A DNA stretch of 64,000 nt from Candidatus Eiseniibacteriota bacterium (lineage in GTDB: Bacteria; Eisenbacteria; RBG-16-71-46; CAZAMP01). The notes beneath the pieces were generated by a model that was not told the origin of the DNA, did no database searches, and saw only the letters and a program-made list of their open reading frames with translations. Shown in pieces: positions 1 to 9,736 of the stretch; within the stretch, counting starts at the first letter, position 1; each line of letters opens with the position of its first letter. A program made the position numbers and the translations under genes. Where the stretch lies: positions 6,208,001 through 6,272,000 of the forward strand of contig OZ245046.1 of assembly GCA_965224245.1 (NCBI GenBank), in the 5' to 3' direction.

Positions 1-245
1 TGCGTCCGAACCCTTTCCGTTCGGAAACGCTCGTCGAGTTCGATTTGCCTCAGGCAGCCCGAGTCCAGCTGGAGCTGTTCGACGTGACCGGTCAGCGGGT
101 ACGCGTCGTTGTCGACCATCGATATGGGGCGGGGCGCCATGCGGCGTCACTCAGGACGTATGGCGCCATCGCGCCGGGTGTCTATTTCCTCCGCCTTCGT
201 GCAAGTGAGTTCAGGGACAGCCGGCGAGTGATCGTCATCGAGTAG
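1..245 (+). CDS. 3' end of a secreted protein, FlgD-Ig/T9SS type A-like C-terminal domain (gene starts before the window)
   Basis: RPNPFRSETLVEFDLPQAARVQLELFDVTGQRVR...PGVYFLRL...RRVIVIE matches the PNPF..YDxxGR..GxYF CTD pattern. Confidence 0.8.
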   Translation, partial: RPNPFRSETLVEFDLPQAARVQLELFDVTGQRVRVVVDHRYGAGRHAASLRTYGAIAPGVYFLRLRASEFRDSRRVIVIE

Positions 246-262
246 GTCCCACGTGAAGGGCA

Positions 263-3200
263 ATGTCCGGAGCATCAACGCGGAGTGTATTCGTGAGACT
301 CTTGTCCGTCTCAGCTGTCGTGCTCGTCGTGGCCATTAGCTCCTCCGTGGATGCCAGCGATGCGGGCCTGGTGTCGATGCGGCCGGGAGAGGGAGGACGG
401 GACAGTCGTCACGTCCGCGCGACAGAGAGTGGCGGGTCAAACGAGCTCGAGACTCCCGCAACGCATTCGGCTCCGTCCGAGGCCGGATCGAGAGTTGCTC
501 CCTGCTCGGGGATGGAGTCTCCCATGTGGGAGCAGCTCCCGATAGACGGGGCACTGAGCAGCCAGGATGACCTGTGCTATCCGTTCGAAACGAAACGAGC
601 CGACAACTTCGTCGCGAGCGGAGGCGAGATTGCTGGTGTTTCGTGGTGGGGGAGTTTCTGGAACGGGACGGCGAGTACTCCGGATGCATTTCGCATCCAG
701 TTCTTCACGGACTGGGAGGGGCGGGGAATCCCCGACACGCAGATCTTCTCCGAGGATGTGACGGACTTCGATCAGACGTGGACGGGCGCCTCCTGGGAGT
801 ACTGCGCCATTCTTTCGTCACACTTCGTCACGGTCCCGGGCGAGACCTATTGGGTTTCCATCCAGGCGGTGCATTGCTTTCCCCCTCAATGGGGGATTCT
901 CGAGGGCGACGGAGATGGGGTGGGCTCGGTCATGTGGTCTCCGTTCTTTGGCTACGACGAATGGACACCAAATGAGGTGGTGGATGGTTATACGGCCGAT
1001 CTCGCCTTTGCCCTGCTGACCGAGCCGGTCGAGTTCCCTCAGCCCAGTTTCGTCGATGTGTCTGACCCACCGCTCGACGACGTGGGAAACAGCGGCGGGG
1101 TGGCCTGGGGCGACTACGACAACGATGGAGATGCTGACCTGTATCTCTCGAACCGCGGAACGGCGAACAGGCTGTTTCGCAACGATGGCGGCGGAACGTG
1201 GGTGGACGCGACGTCCGAGCCACTCGGAGACGTCGCGAACGGCAATGGCGTTGCGTGGGCCGACTACGACAACGACGGCGATCTCGATCTCTACCTCGCG
1301 AACAACGGGTCAGCAAACAGGCTCTTTCGGAACGACGGAGGGGGCGCCTTCGTGGACGTCACCAGCACGCCGCTGGACGATTCCGCCGGAGGGTTTGGAG
1401 TCGCGTGGGTGGATTATGACAACGACGGCGATGTGGATCTATACCTGGGAAACGACGGCTCAGCCAACAAGCTCTTCCGCAACGATGGCGGTACATGGGT
1501 AGACGCCACGAGCGTCCCGCTCGATAGCCCTGAGAGATGTCGAGGACTGGCCTGGGGAGATTATGACGACGACGGCGACCTCGATCTCTACATCGCCAAC
1601 CGGGGATCGGCGAATCAGCTGATCCGAAATGATGGCGGGGGCGCGTTCGCGGACATCACCACCGCCCCTCTGGATGACGTCGGGAATGGCAACGGTGTGG
1701 CGTGGGGAGACTATGACAACGACGGCGATCTCGACCTGTACCTTGCCAACGGTACCGGTCAGGCCAACAAGCTGTTTCGCAACGAAGAGGGGGGGGCGTG
1801 GGTGGATGCCACCTCTGCACCGCTGGACGATGCCGGGAGCGGGGTCGGTGTGGCCTGGGGGGACTATGACAACGACGGGGACCTCGATCTGTACCTCGCG
1901 AATGACGGTTCCGCGAACAAGCTACTTCGCAATGACGGCATGGGTACGTTCGCGGACGTCACCGACGTGCCGCTGGATGACGGCGGGAATGGTCGAGGAG
2001 TGGCATGGGGAGACTATGACGACGATGGCGATCTCGACCTCTACATCGCGAACGCCACATCATCGAATAGACTGATCCGCACTGACCTCCCGGACGGACA
2101 GAACTGGTTGCAAGTGGAGTTGGTGGGGACCGTATCCAACCGGGCGGCCATCGGGGCACGAGTGGATGTGCTGACCGATGACACCTGGCACACGCGCCAG
2201 GTATCCGGTGGCTCTGGCTACTTCTCTCAGGATGGGCTCGTGGCCTCGTTCGGGCTGGGAGCTGCGATGCTGGTGGATTCGCTCATCGTGTCCTGGCCGA
2301 GCGGCATCTCGCAAAGAGGAGCCGCGGTGGCTGCGAATCAGCGGGTGCGGATCGTGGAAGCGAACTTCCTGCCGAGCATTCTCGGTGTGACGGACGCCGC
2401 CGGCGATCAGGGTCGGAGAGTGCGGGTCACGTTTGCCCGATCGGGAGGAGACGAGGAGATCTCCTGGCCCCCCGTGATCCGGTACGAGATCTATCGCCGA
2501 CGCGATGAGCTTCCCCGCATGGCTTCATCTCAATCGAACGCAGATCCGTCAGTCGCAAGCACGCCGGTCACCTGGCAACGGGATCCAGGGTCGTCTCGAG
2601 ACGATGTGGCCTGGCACCTCGCGGGTCGGGTTCCGGCCCACGGCGCGTCCGATTACAACCTACTCGTCGACACCCTCGCGGATTCGACCATCACGGACGG
2701 TATGCACTGGTCGGTCTTCTTCGTCCGCGCGGTCACCGCCGATCCATACACCTTTTTCGACTCATCACCCGATTCCGGCTACTCAGTAGACAATCTGCCA
2801 CCGGAAGCTCCGACCAACCTGTACTTCCCGGAGCCGACTACGCTCGTTTGGGACGAGGCCCCCGAGGACGACTTCGACTACTTCACCGTCTACGGCTCGT
2901 CCACCGCAGAGTTCGACGAGACGGCGGTCGTGGTCGGAGAGACTGAACTGCCCACCTTGCCGGTGTCGGGGCACCTGTTCTACCACGTCACCGCCCGCGA
3001 CTTCGCCGGCAACGAGGGGACAGCCTCGGCCATAGAGGCCCTCCTCGGGGTCCCGGGGACTCCGCCCCCGACGGCCTACGCGATCCGTTCCGTACACCCG
3101 AACCCGTTCCGCGCGGGAACGAGCATCGGGTTCGATCTGCCGCAGGCGGGATCCGTGCACCTGGCCGTCTTCGATGCCACGGGGCGGATGGTGCGCGAAG

Positions 3201-3349
3201 TCGTGACGGGGAGATACCCCGAAGGGCGACACATGGCGTCCTGGGATGGTCGGAACGGGACCGATCAGCTGGTGGCGCCGGGGATGTATTTCGTCCGGAT
3301 GACCGCCGGTGGCTCGACGGCGGTGCGGCGCGTGGTGAGGTTGCGCTGA
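263..3349 (+). CDS. Secreted FG-GAP repeat/ASPIC-UnbV (CRTAC1-like) protein with extra N-terminal domain, DQG module and FlgD/T9SS-like CTD
   Basis: Signal peptide; 7 repeats of about 50 aa (GVAWGDYDNDGDLDLYLAN); NRAAIGARV...FGLG ASPIC motif; C-terminal PNPF..FDATGR..GMYF. Confidence 0.85.
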   Translation: MSGASTRSVFVRLLSVSAVVLVVAISSSVDASDAGLVSMRPGEGGRDSRHVRATESGGSNELETPATHSAPSEAGSRVAPCSGMESPMWEQLPIDGALSSQDDLCYPFETKRADNFVASGGEIAGVSWWGSFWNGTASTPDAFRIQFFTDWEGRGIPDTQIFSEDVTDFDQTWTGASWEYCAILSSHFVTVPGETYWVSIQAVHCFPPQWGILEGDGDGVGSVMWSPFFGYDEWTPNEVVDGYTADLAFALLTEPVEFPQPSFVDVSDPPLDDVGNSGGVAWGDYDNDGDADLYLSNRGTANRLFRNDGGGTWVDATSEPLGDVANGNGVAWADYDNDGDLDLYLANNGSANRLFRNDGGGAFVDVTSTPLDDSAGGFGVAWVDYDNDGDVDLYLGNDGSANKLFRNDGGTWVDATSVPLDSPERCRGLAWGDYDDDGDLDLYIANRGSANQLIRNDGGGAFADITTAPLDDVGNGNGVAWGDYDNDGDLDLYLANGTGQANKLFRNEEGGAWVDATSAPLDDAGSGVGVAWGDYDNDGDLDLYLANDGSANKLLRNDGMGTFADVTDVPLDDGGNGRGVAWGDYDDDGDLDLYIANATSSNRLIRTDLPDGQNWLQVELVGTVSNRAAIGARVDVLTDDTWHTRQVSGGSGYFSQDGLVASFGLGAAMLVDSLIVSWPSGISQRGAAVAANQRVRIVEANFLPSILGVTDAAGDQGRRVRVTFARSGGDEEISWPPVIRYEIYRRRDELPRMASSQSNADPSVASTPVTWQRDPGSSRDDVAWHLAGRVPAHGASDYNLLVDTLADSTITDGMHWSVFFVRAVTADPYTFFDSSPDSGYSVDNLPPEAPTNLYFPEPTTLVWDEAPEDDFDYFTVYGSSTAEFDETAVVVGETELPTLPVSGHLFYHVTARDFAGNEGTASAIEALLGVPGTPPPTAYAIRSVHPNPFRAGTSIGFDLPQAGSVHLAVFDATGRMVREVVTGRYPEGRHMASWDGRNGTDQLVAPGMYFVRMTAGGSTAVRRVVRLR

Positions 3350-3559
3350 TAGGGGATGGCCCTGTCGAGAGGCGGTTCTCTCCGGCCGGGAGAGGGTCGC
3401 CTCCTGTCGTTGTGTCGGGACAGTCGGGATGACCGCGATGGACGGCAGCGTCGACGACGAGCCACGCCGACGTTTTGCGGATTAAACCGGCGTCGCGGCC
3501 AGAGTCGCCATGACCGTGATCCGCCCCGCCCTTCGCTCGGAACGGATGAGGAGGCCACG

Positions 3560-6500
3560 ATGACCGGTGACGTCGACGAACGGACCCATCCTCGAGTCTC
3601 ACTCTCGACGCGGCGGCGCCTGGCGACGACTGTCGCCACGGCGATGCTGCTCGTCGCCCCGGCCGGGGATGCCGCGAACGTGTACGTCGAGGACTTCACG
3701 ACGACCACCTACATGGATCCGGCGGCCACCACGGCGGACTGGAACACGGTCGACGGCGAGCTCAAGCTCTTCCCGTTCGTTCCCACGATCGAGGGGTCTT
3801 ACGACACACCGGACAATGCCACCGACGTGGCGATCTCCGGTGATCTCGCATTCGTGGCGGGTTTCTCGGCGGGACTGCAGATCCTGGACATCGCCAATCC
3901 GGCGGCACCCGTGCTCCTGGGCACACTCGATACGCCCGGCTTCGCCATCGGCGTGGCCGTGTCCGGGGATCTCGCGTTCGTGGCGGACTACTTCTCTGGG
4001 CTTCAGATCATCGACATCACCGACCCGAGCGCACCGGCGCTGGTGGGGACGTTCAGCACGCCCGGCACCGCGTGGGGTGTGGCCATCGACGGAGATCTGG
4101 CCTTCGTGGCCGATCAGGGTTCCGGCCTTCAGATCGTCGACATTGCGGACCCATCCACTCCGGCACTCGCAGGTAGCGTCGATACTCCGGGCACCGCCTA
4201 TGATGTGGCCGTTGCCGGGAACGTCGCCTACGTCGCGGACGATGCGTTCGGTCTTCAGGCGGTCGACATCAGCGATCCGACGACCCCGGCGATCGTGGGC
4301 GTCGTCGACACCCCCGGCCTCGCCCGTGGTGTGGCCGTGTCCGGAGACAACGCCTTCGTGGGGGATGGGACCTCCGGTCTGCAGGTGATCGACATCAGCG
4401 ATCCCACGGCACCCACAATCGTCGGAAACGTGGACACTCCGGGGGAGGCATGGGGTGTGGTTGCGGATGGAGATCGGGCATACGTGGCGGACTCGGGCTT
4501 CGGACTTCAGGTGGTCGACGTCTCCGTGCCGGCGAGCCCCATGATCCTCGCCGGCGCGGACACACCCGGGGCTGCCATCGCAGTCGCGGTTGCTGGGAGC
4601 CGGGCATTCGTTGCGGATCAGGCCTTTGGACTTCAAGTGGTCGACGTCTGGAGCATGGCCCCCACGATCGTCGTGGGCAGCGTGGAGACGCTAGGGGTCG
4701 CATGGGGTGTGGCTGCGGATGGGGATCGGGCATACGTTACGTACTATGATGAGCTCGGTTCCGGCCTCCAGGTTGTCGATATCGCCGATCCAACGATGCC
4801 ACTGATCGTGGGCAGTGTGAGTGTTTCGAACACCGCCCTGAGCGTTGTGGTCACGGGAAACGTGGCGCTCGTGACGAACTTCTCTGGCCTGCAAGTAATC
4901 GACATCTCGGATCCAGCAAGTCCCGCGATCGTGGGCAGCGTGAATACTCCGGATTTTGCCTGGGGCGTTGCGGTCACGGGGGACGTGGCGTTGGTGGCGG
5001 ACAGTTATTCCGGCCTGCAAGTAATCGACATCACCGACCCAACGAGTCCCACGATCGTGGGCAGCATAGGTTTGCCGGACATCGCCTGGGGCGTCGCGGT
5101 CGCGGGAGACGTGGCATTGGTCGCGGTTGATTTCTCCGGCCTGTTCGTAGTCGACATCACCGACCCGACGAGTCCCACGGTCGTGGGCAGCGTGGATACG
5201 CCGGGGGAGGCCTACGGTGTTGCCATCTCGGGAGACCTGGCGTTCGTCACGGACCGCGATTCCGGCCTGTTTGTAGTCGACATCACCGATCCCACAAGTC
5301 CCGCGATCGTGGGCAGCGTGAATACCCCGGGGGAGGCCTTTGGCGTTTCGGTCACGGGAGACATGGTATTCGTGGCAGACAGCTACTACGGAATGCAGAC
5401 CATCGACATCGCCGATCCAACGAGTCCCACGATTGTGGGCACCGTGGATACACCCGGAGCCGTCCGGGCAGTCGCACCTGCGGGAGGCGTCGCATTCGTG
5501 GCGGATGGTTCCCACGGCCTGCAAGTCGTCGAGTTTGTCCAGGACGCGTTTGCCCTTACCGACGATGCCGGCCAATCCCTACCGGTCGACACCGCCGATG
5601 ACGTCATCGTCCGGGCGCGTCTGTCGAGCGTACAGTGGGGAAGCGTGAGCTGGGAACTCAGTGCCAATGGTGGTGCGACCTTCGCGCCTGCACTCCCGGG
5701 CGCTACCTGGACGGTACTCACACCTGGTGATGATCTGGTCTGGCACTCCACGCACACCTACGTCTCCGACGGTGTGAACCCTACAGTCTCCGACCTGACC
5801 GTCGAGTGGCTCAACGAGTTCGCGACCATCACCCGAGTTGCGGACATTCCATACGACCAGGGACGGCAGGTACGTGTGGAGTGGCAGCGCAGCGGCCACG
5901 ACTTCGCCGGAGATCCCTCCCAGGTCATCGAGTATGCGGTCTATCGGAAGATCGACGAGGGACTGTCGCGGTTCCCCGAACGGGCCGTTGCGAATCTGGC
6001 GCAGAGTGCGGTACCGAACATCGCCCGGAACCACGCGGCGATGATGCGGGCCGCGGGGTGGGACTACCTGGTCACGGTCCCCGTGCTTCTCGAGGACGAG
6101 TATGCAGCAGTGGTGCCGACACTGAGGGACTCGACGGCCGCCGACGGTCAGTACTACTCGACATTTCGTGTGACGGCACTCACGGCCACGCCCGGGGTGT
6201 TCTTCCACTCGTATCCGGACAGCGGATACTCGGTCGACAATCTGGCACCGGGTGTTCCGGCCGGTCTGATGTTGAACGGCGCCGAGCTATCCTGGGAGGA
6301 CGCCCCCGAGGAGGACTTCCAGCACCACTCGGTCTATGGCTCGGCTATGGCGGAGCTCGATCCATCGGCCACGCTGATCGGGTACACAGTCGATCCGACG
6401 TACGACGTGAGCAGTGTCTCGTACGGCTACTACCACGTGACCACGTCGGATCATGCGGGGAACGAAGGCGACGCGGCCAGCGTGGAAGGAGACCTTCTCT

Positions 6501-6802
6501 CGTCACCGGACGCACCGATCCCGACGGCGTACGCGCTGTCTCCGCCGGGGCCGAACCCGCTCCGCAGCGGGACATCGTTGACGTTTGCACTTCCCGAGGC
6601 GGGGAAGGTGCGGCTCGTGATCTACGACACGAGCGGTCGTACCGTACGGACGCTGGCGAACGGGACGTACACGGCGGCCGTCCATCGTGTGATCTGGGAT
6701 GTTCGCGACGACGGCGGTCGGCTCGTGGGGCCGGGTGTGTACTTCGCACGGATCACCGCGGGGACGTACGAGGCCGAACGTCGTCTCACGGTGATCAGGT
6801 GA
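3560..6802 (+). CDS. Secreted LVIVD-repeat beta-propeller protein with DQG module and FlgD/T9SS-like CTD
   Basis: Many 42-aa repeats (GLQVIDISDPTAPTIVGSVDTPG); GAGGAGG RBS before ATG 3560; CTD at the end. Confidence 0.85.
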   Translation: MTGDVDERTHPRVSLSTRRRLATTVATAMLLVAPAGDAANVYVEDFTTTTYMDPAATTADWNTVDGELKLFPFVPTIEGSYDTPDNATDVAISGDLAFVAGFSAGLQILDIANPAAPVLLGTLDTPGFAIGVAVSGDLAFVADYFSGLQIIDITDPSAPALVGTFSTPGTAWGVAIDGDLAFVADQGSGLQIVDIADPSTPALAGSVDTPGTAYDVAVAGNVAYVADDAFGLQAVDISDPTTPAIVGVVDTPGLARGVAVSGDNAFVGDGTSGLQVIDISDPTAPTIVGNVDTPGEAWGVVADGDRAYVADSGFGLQVVDVSVPASPMILAGADTPGAAIAVAVAGSRAFVADQAFGLQVVDVWSMAPTIVVGSVETLGVAWGVAADGDRAYVTYYDELGSGLQVVDIADPTMPLIVGSVSVSNTALSVVVTGNVALVTNFSGLQVIDISDPASPAIVGSVNTPDFAWGVAVTGDVALVADSYSGLQVIDITDPTSPTIVGSIGLPDIAWGVAVAGDVALVAVDFSGLFVVDITDPTSPTVVGSVDTPGEAYGVAISGDLAFVTDRDSGLFVVDITDPTSPAIVGSVNTPGEAFGVSVTGDMVFVADSYYGMQTIDIADPTSPTIVGTVDTPGAVRAVAPAGGVAFVADGSHGLQVVEFVQDAFALTDDAGQSLPVDTADDVIVRARLSSVQWGSVSWELSANGGATFAPALPGATWTVLTPGDDLVWHSTHTYVSDGVNPTVSDLTVEWLNEFATITRVADIPYDQGRQVRVEWQRSGHDFAGDPSQVIEYAVYRKIDEGLSRFPERAVANLAQSAVPNIARNHAAMMRAAGWDYLVTVPVLLEDEYAAVVPTLRDSTAADGQYYSTFRVTALTATPGVFFHSYPDSGYSVDNLAPGVPAGLMLNGAELSWEDAPEEDFQHHSVYGSAMAELDPSATLIGYTVDPTYDVSSVSYGYYHVTTSDHAGNEGDAASVEGDLLSSPDAPIPTAYALSPPGPNPLRSGTSLTFALPEAGKVRLVIYDTSGRTVRTLANGTYTAAVHRVIWDVRDDGGRLVGPGVYFARITAGTYEAERRLTVIR

Positions 6803-6866
6803 GTCCTGAGAAGTAGCGGTTCGCGACGCAGACGAACGACATGGGCTTCCTCTCCAGGTTTCACGA

Positions 6867-7913
6867 TCACCGCTCACCCCGGATGCGGTAGTTCTCCTCC
6901 AATCCCTCCCACAGCTTCGCGAACTGACGCTCGAAGACGGCGGCGTCCTCCCAGCCTTCGAACGAGATGATGTTGTATGTCCGCTTCAGGTAGCCAATGA
7001 GCGGCTGACCGAGACCGGTGGCGACACCGGGCTCCTCCCAGGAGTCATCCAGGGCAATGGGGCAAAGAACGCACCTGCCGAGCTCATGCTCCTTGGATCG
7101 TGCGGTCTCGATCTCCAATGCAATCCAGTCGCTCTTGAAGGCGGCTTCGGACAGGATCAGGATGGTGACGTCATGGAGGCGAACCGCGCGCGTGAGCTGC
7201 GGCGCTGTTGGGCCGGACTTGAGATCCTTGACATCCCGCCAATGGCGCAGTTTCTTCAAGGAGAAGGCGTCGCACAGCCGATCGGTGAACGCCGCACCGT
7301 CTGAGCGAGCGTACGATATGAACGCGCCTCCAATGACGAGCGGCCCCTGGGATACGATCGCGTCGAGTCTGTAGATCAAGCGGTGAACGGCGTCCTCGTC
7401 AGCGGCGATGTCGGATCGTCTCAGGTCGTAGGCGACGATGTCGAACTCCGAGAGGCCGCATCCTTCCAGAAAGGACCGCGGGAGGGACGGGTTCGCGGCA
7501 AGGGTCATCGTATCGAGGTAGGATGGTCCGATATGCTCGACGTGATCGAGTTCGCTTGCTCCGCCGAGGTCGGTCATCGCGAACACGGTCCAACCGAGGA
7601 CGGCAGACTTCAATGAGCAACCGGACAGGCTGGTCCCTCTCAACTCGGCGGCGTACAGACGTGCGCCGGTGAGGTCGGAATGTGCAAGGTCTGTATCGTG
7701 GAAGGCGCAGTGATAGAGATCAGTACCGTGAAAGCGGCAGTGCGACAGGTCCAGGTCGCCGAGGTCGGCAGAAGCGATCCGAAGGCCGGAGAAGTCCGCT
7801 CCGCGCAGACTTGGAAGGGCCATGCGATTGCTCCTGGTCAGTCTCCAGGTGTTCCACTCGCAGACCCCCTCGTCACCTCCCCCGAGCAGCGATAGCGCTC
7901 TCTCGCGTGTCAT
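6867..7913 (-). CDS. Pentapeptide-repeat plus TIR-domain protein
   Basis: A(D/E)L pentapeptide repeats (LRGADFSGL, LTGARLYAAELRGTSL); TIR motifs FISYARSD, WRDVKDLKSG, SDWIALE; start placed at MTRERA. Confidence 0.8.
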   Translation of the reverse strand: MTRERALSLLGGGDEGVCEWNTWRLTRSNRMALPSLRGADFSGLRIASADLGDLDLSHCRFHGTDLYHCAFHDTDLAHSDLTGARLYAAELRGTSLSGCSLKSAVLGWTVFAMTDLGGASELDHVEHIGPSYLDTMTLAANPSLPRSFLEGCGLSEFDIVAYDLRRSDIAADEDAVHRLIYRLDAIVSQGPLVIGGAFISYARSDGAAFTDRLCDAFSLKKLRHWRDVKDLKSGPTAPQLTRAVRLHDVTILILSEAAFKSDWIALEIETARSKEHELGRCVLCPIALDDSWEEPGVATGLGQPLIGYLKRTYNIISFEGWEDAAVFERQFAKLWEGLEENYRIRGER

Positions 7914-7931
7914 CTCGGTGGTCACCGGCAG

Positions 7932-8072
7932 TTCCTCGTATCCGGCAATTCGCCTCCAACCCATCCCGCAACCGCTTGAACGCCATCCCGAACGTCGCCT
8001 CGTCCTCCCAGCCCCGGAAGTCGACGGTGTAGTCGGCTCGCTTCATGTGGGCCAGCTCAAGCCGTGGCGGCT
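7932..8072 (-). pseudogene. Relic 3' end of a second TIR-domain paralog
   Basis: Minus strand reads HMKRADYTVDFRGWEDEATFGMAFKRLRDGLEANCRIRG, against YLKRTYNIISFEGWEDAAVFERQFAKLWEGLEENYRIRG at the end of the intact gene. Confidence 0.7.
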
Positions 8073-8086
8073 GACTCTCCCAAGTG

Positions 8087-9736
8087 CTATCGATCCGGCT
8101 CTCCGATGACTTGCGTTCCCGCCAGCTGCCGGACTACTGCGATCGAGAGGTCCAACGATTTCTCGAGCAGCGCTTTGTCAACGAGTTCGGCATCGTCCCC
8201 GGGAGTATGGTATTCGGGGAACATACCACCACCCATCGTGACGATGGCTATTCCGTGCAAGTAGTAGCTGTATCCGTCGCTCCCACGGATCGTCTGACCA
8301 TCAGCGTCGAGCGTCGCGGTGTGCATTCCGCCGAGCTCATGGGCAATCTCGTCCAGCCCGGGTAGCAGACCTGGTGGCGCGACGGTCAGCAGTTCCCCGT
8401 CGCTGCTGCGCCCCACGTGCTCGAGATTCAAGCCCGCGACAAGTCGCCCCGCCGGTGGCGCGGTCAGGAAGTGCAGCGATCCGAAGTGCCCCACTTCCTC
8501 GCCGGTGAAGAGGACGAACAGTATCGAGCGCGAGGGCGGCGATGGCACCAGCCGAGGCGCGGCCGCCAGTACCACGGCACAGCCACTGGCGTCATCGTTG
8601 GCTCCGTTGTGGGTTTCTCCGTTCATCACACCGAGGTGATCAAGGTGCGCGCTCAGGGTTACGTACTCCTCGGGCCGCTCTGTTCCCCGGACGAAGCCAC
8701 CCAGGTTGGCCGAGGTCACGATGTCGCGCTCGGAGTCGATCGTCACGTGTAGTCGCACATGTTCGACCACGAACGAGGCTGCGGTCTCGCTCTCGGCCAA
8801 CGGGTCGAGGCCGCTGCCCGCGAAGAGAAACTGCATCTGGTCCTCGGACAAGACCACCACAGGAACTTCACAGTCTGCCTGGGCACCACCCAGGTAGCGC
8901 TGCGCGGCCGCATAGACGGCTTCGGAGAACGACTCGCCGACGATGTCCCATGCGTCGTAGACCTCGAGTGAAGGCACGATGATCAGGCCGATTGCTCCCG
9001 CCCGAAGGGCTGCGTCGAGAATGCGGTCACCGCTCCGGTCCACGTTGCCGTAGATCACCTCCAGCTCCGGGCTCAGGTGCTCGGGGCGGCCCTCCCGCAG
9101 AACCACCCACTTACCCCGAGCGTCGATGCCGTCATAGTCGTCCCGACCGAGTTCCGGTTCCCGAATGCCGTAGCCGACGTAAGCCACGCCACCCGAAACG
9201 GGCGTGCCTGCATGGCCCGGTCGGAACACGAGCATGTCCTGCGGAGAAGTCAGCTCCCGGCGCTCGTCGCCGCGATCGAGAGTGCCTCGAGTACGTCCTC
9301 CCAACCGGTAGCGCACCACCGGTACCTCTTGCCGGAAGGTCCGGCGGCCGTCTCCGTCCACAAAGGCGGGTTCGAGACCGACCGCGGCCATTACCGACTC
9401 GGCGTAGCACAGCGCCCGCGCCATGCCCGGATGCCCGAGCCCGCGGCCTTCCATCGCATCGTCAGCCAGGATCCGGACGTGGGTCATGGCACTGGAACCG
9501 ATCTCGTGGCCGACCCCCGTCGCCGGGTCGGTTCCTTCAGCCGCGGTGCCGGTGCCTCGGCCAGCGGCGATGATGACGAGGATCACCTGAAGGCAGCTCC
9601 GGAGTGCCACCGGTCTTCGAGCGCGGGGATGAGTGCGCCGGCACGCGTGGCTCATGCCCACATTACCCGCGGAGAACTCGCTTCGGGGTGTCGCGCCTGC
9701 CCGCGCTCGGGCGAACACCAGCGTCGCTCCTCTCAT
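8087..9736 (-). CDS. M28 family peptidase with PA domain
   Basis: LADDAMEGRG, SAHLDHLG, GANDDASG, FTGEEVG, YHTPGDD motifs; ATGA overlap with the upstream stop (exact start uncertain). Confidence 0.9.
   Translation of the reverse strand: MRGATLVFARARAGATPRSEFSAGNVGMSHACRRTHPRARRPVALRSCLQVILVIIAAGRGTGTAAEGTDPATGVGHEIGSSAMTHVRILADDAMEGRGLGHPGMARALCYAESVMAAVGLEPAFVDGDGRRTFRQEVPVVRYRLGGRTRGTLDRGDERRELTSPQDMLVFRPGHAGTPVSGGVAYVGYGIREPELGRDDYDGIDARGKWVVLREGRPEHLSPELEVIYGNVDRSGDRILDAALRAGAIGLIIVPSLEVYDAWDIVGESFSEAVYAAAQRYLGGAQADCEVPVVVLSEDQMQFLFAGSGLDPLAESETAASFVVEHVRLHVTIDSERDIVTSANLGGFVRGTERPEEYVTLSAHLDHLGVMNGETHNGANDDASGCAVVLAAAPRLVPSPPSRSILFVLFTGEEVGHFGSLHFLTAPPAGRLVAGLNLEHVGRSSDGELLTVAPPGLLPGLDEIAHELGGMHTATLDADGQTIRGSDGYSYYLHGIAIVTMGGGMFPEYHTPGDDAELVDKALLEKSLDLSIAVVRQLAGTQVIGEPDR

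Noticed and set aside
3367-3403. Hairpin after the 263-3349 stop as a terminator or IS relic
   Set aside because: Imperfect stem with no U tract, and only weak similarity to the IS ends; too uncertain to call.
1030-5530. CRISPR-like regularly spaced repeats (also 38300-39080 and 39680-42130)
   Set aside because: Periods are multiples of 3 within open frames encoding FG-GAP, LVIVD or PD40 repeats; no cas genes.
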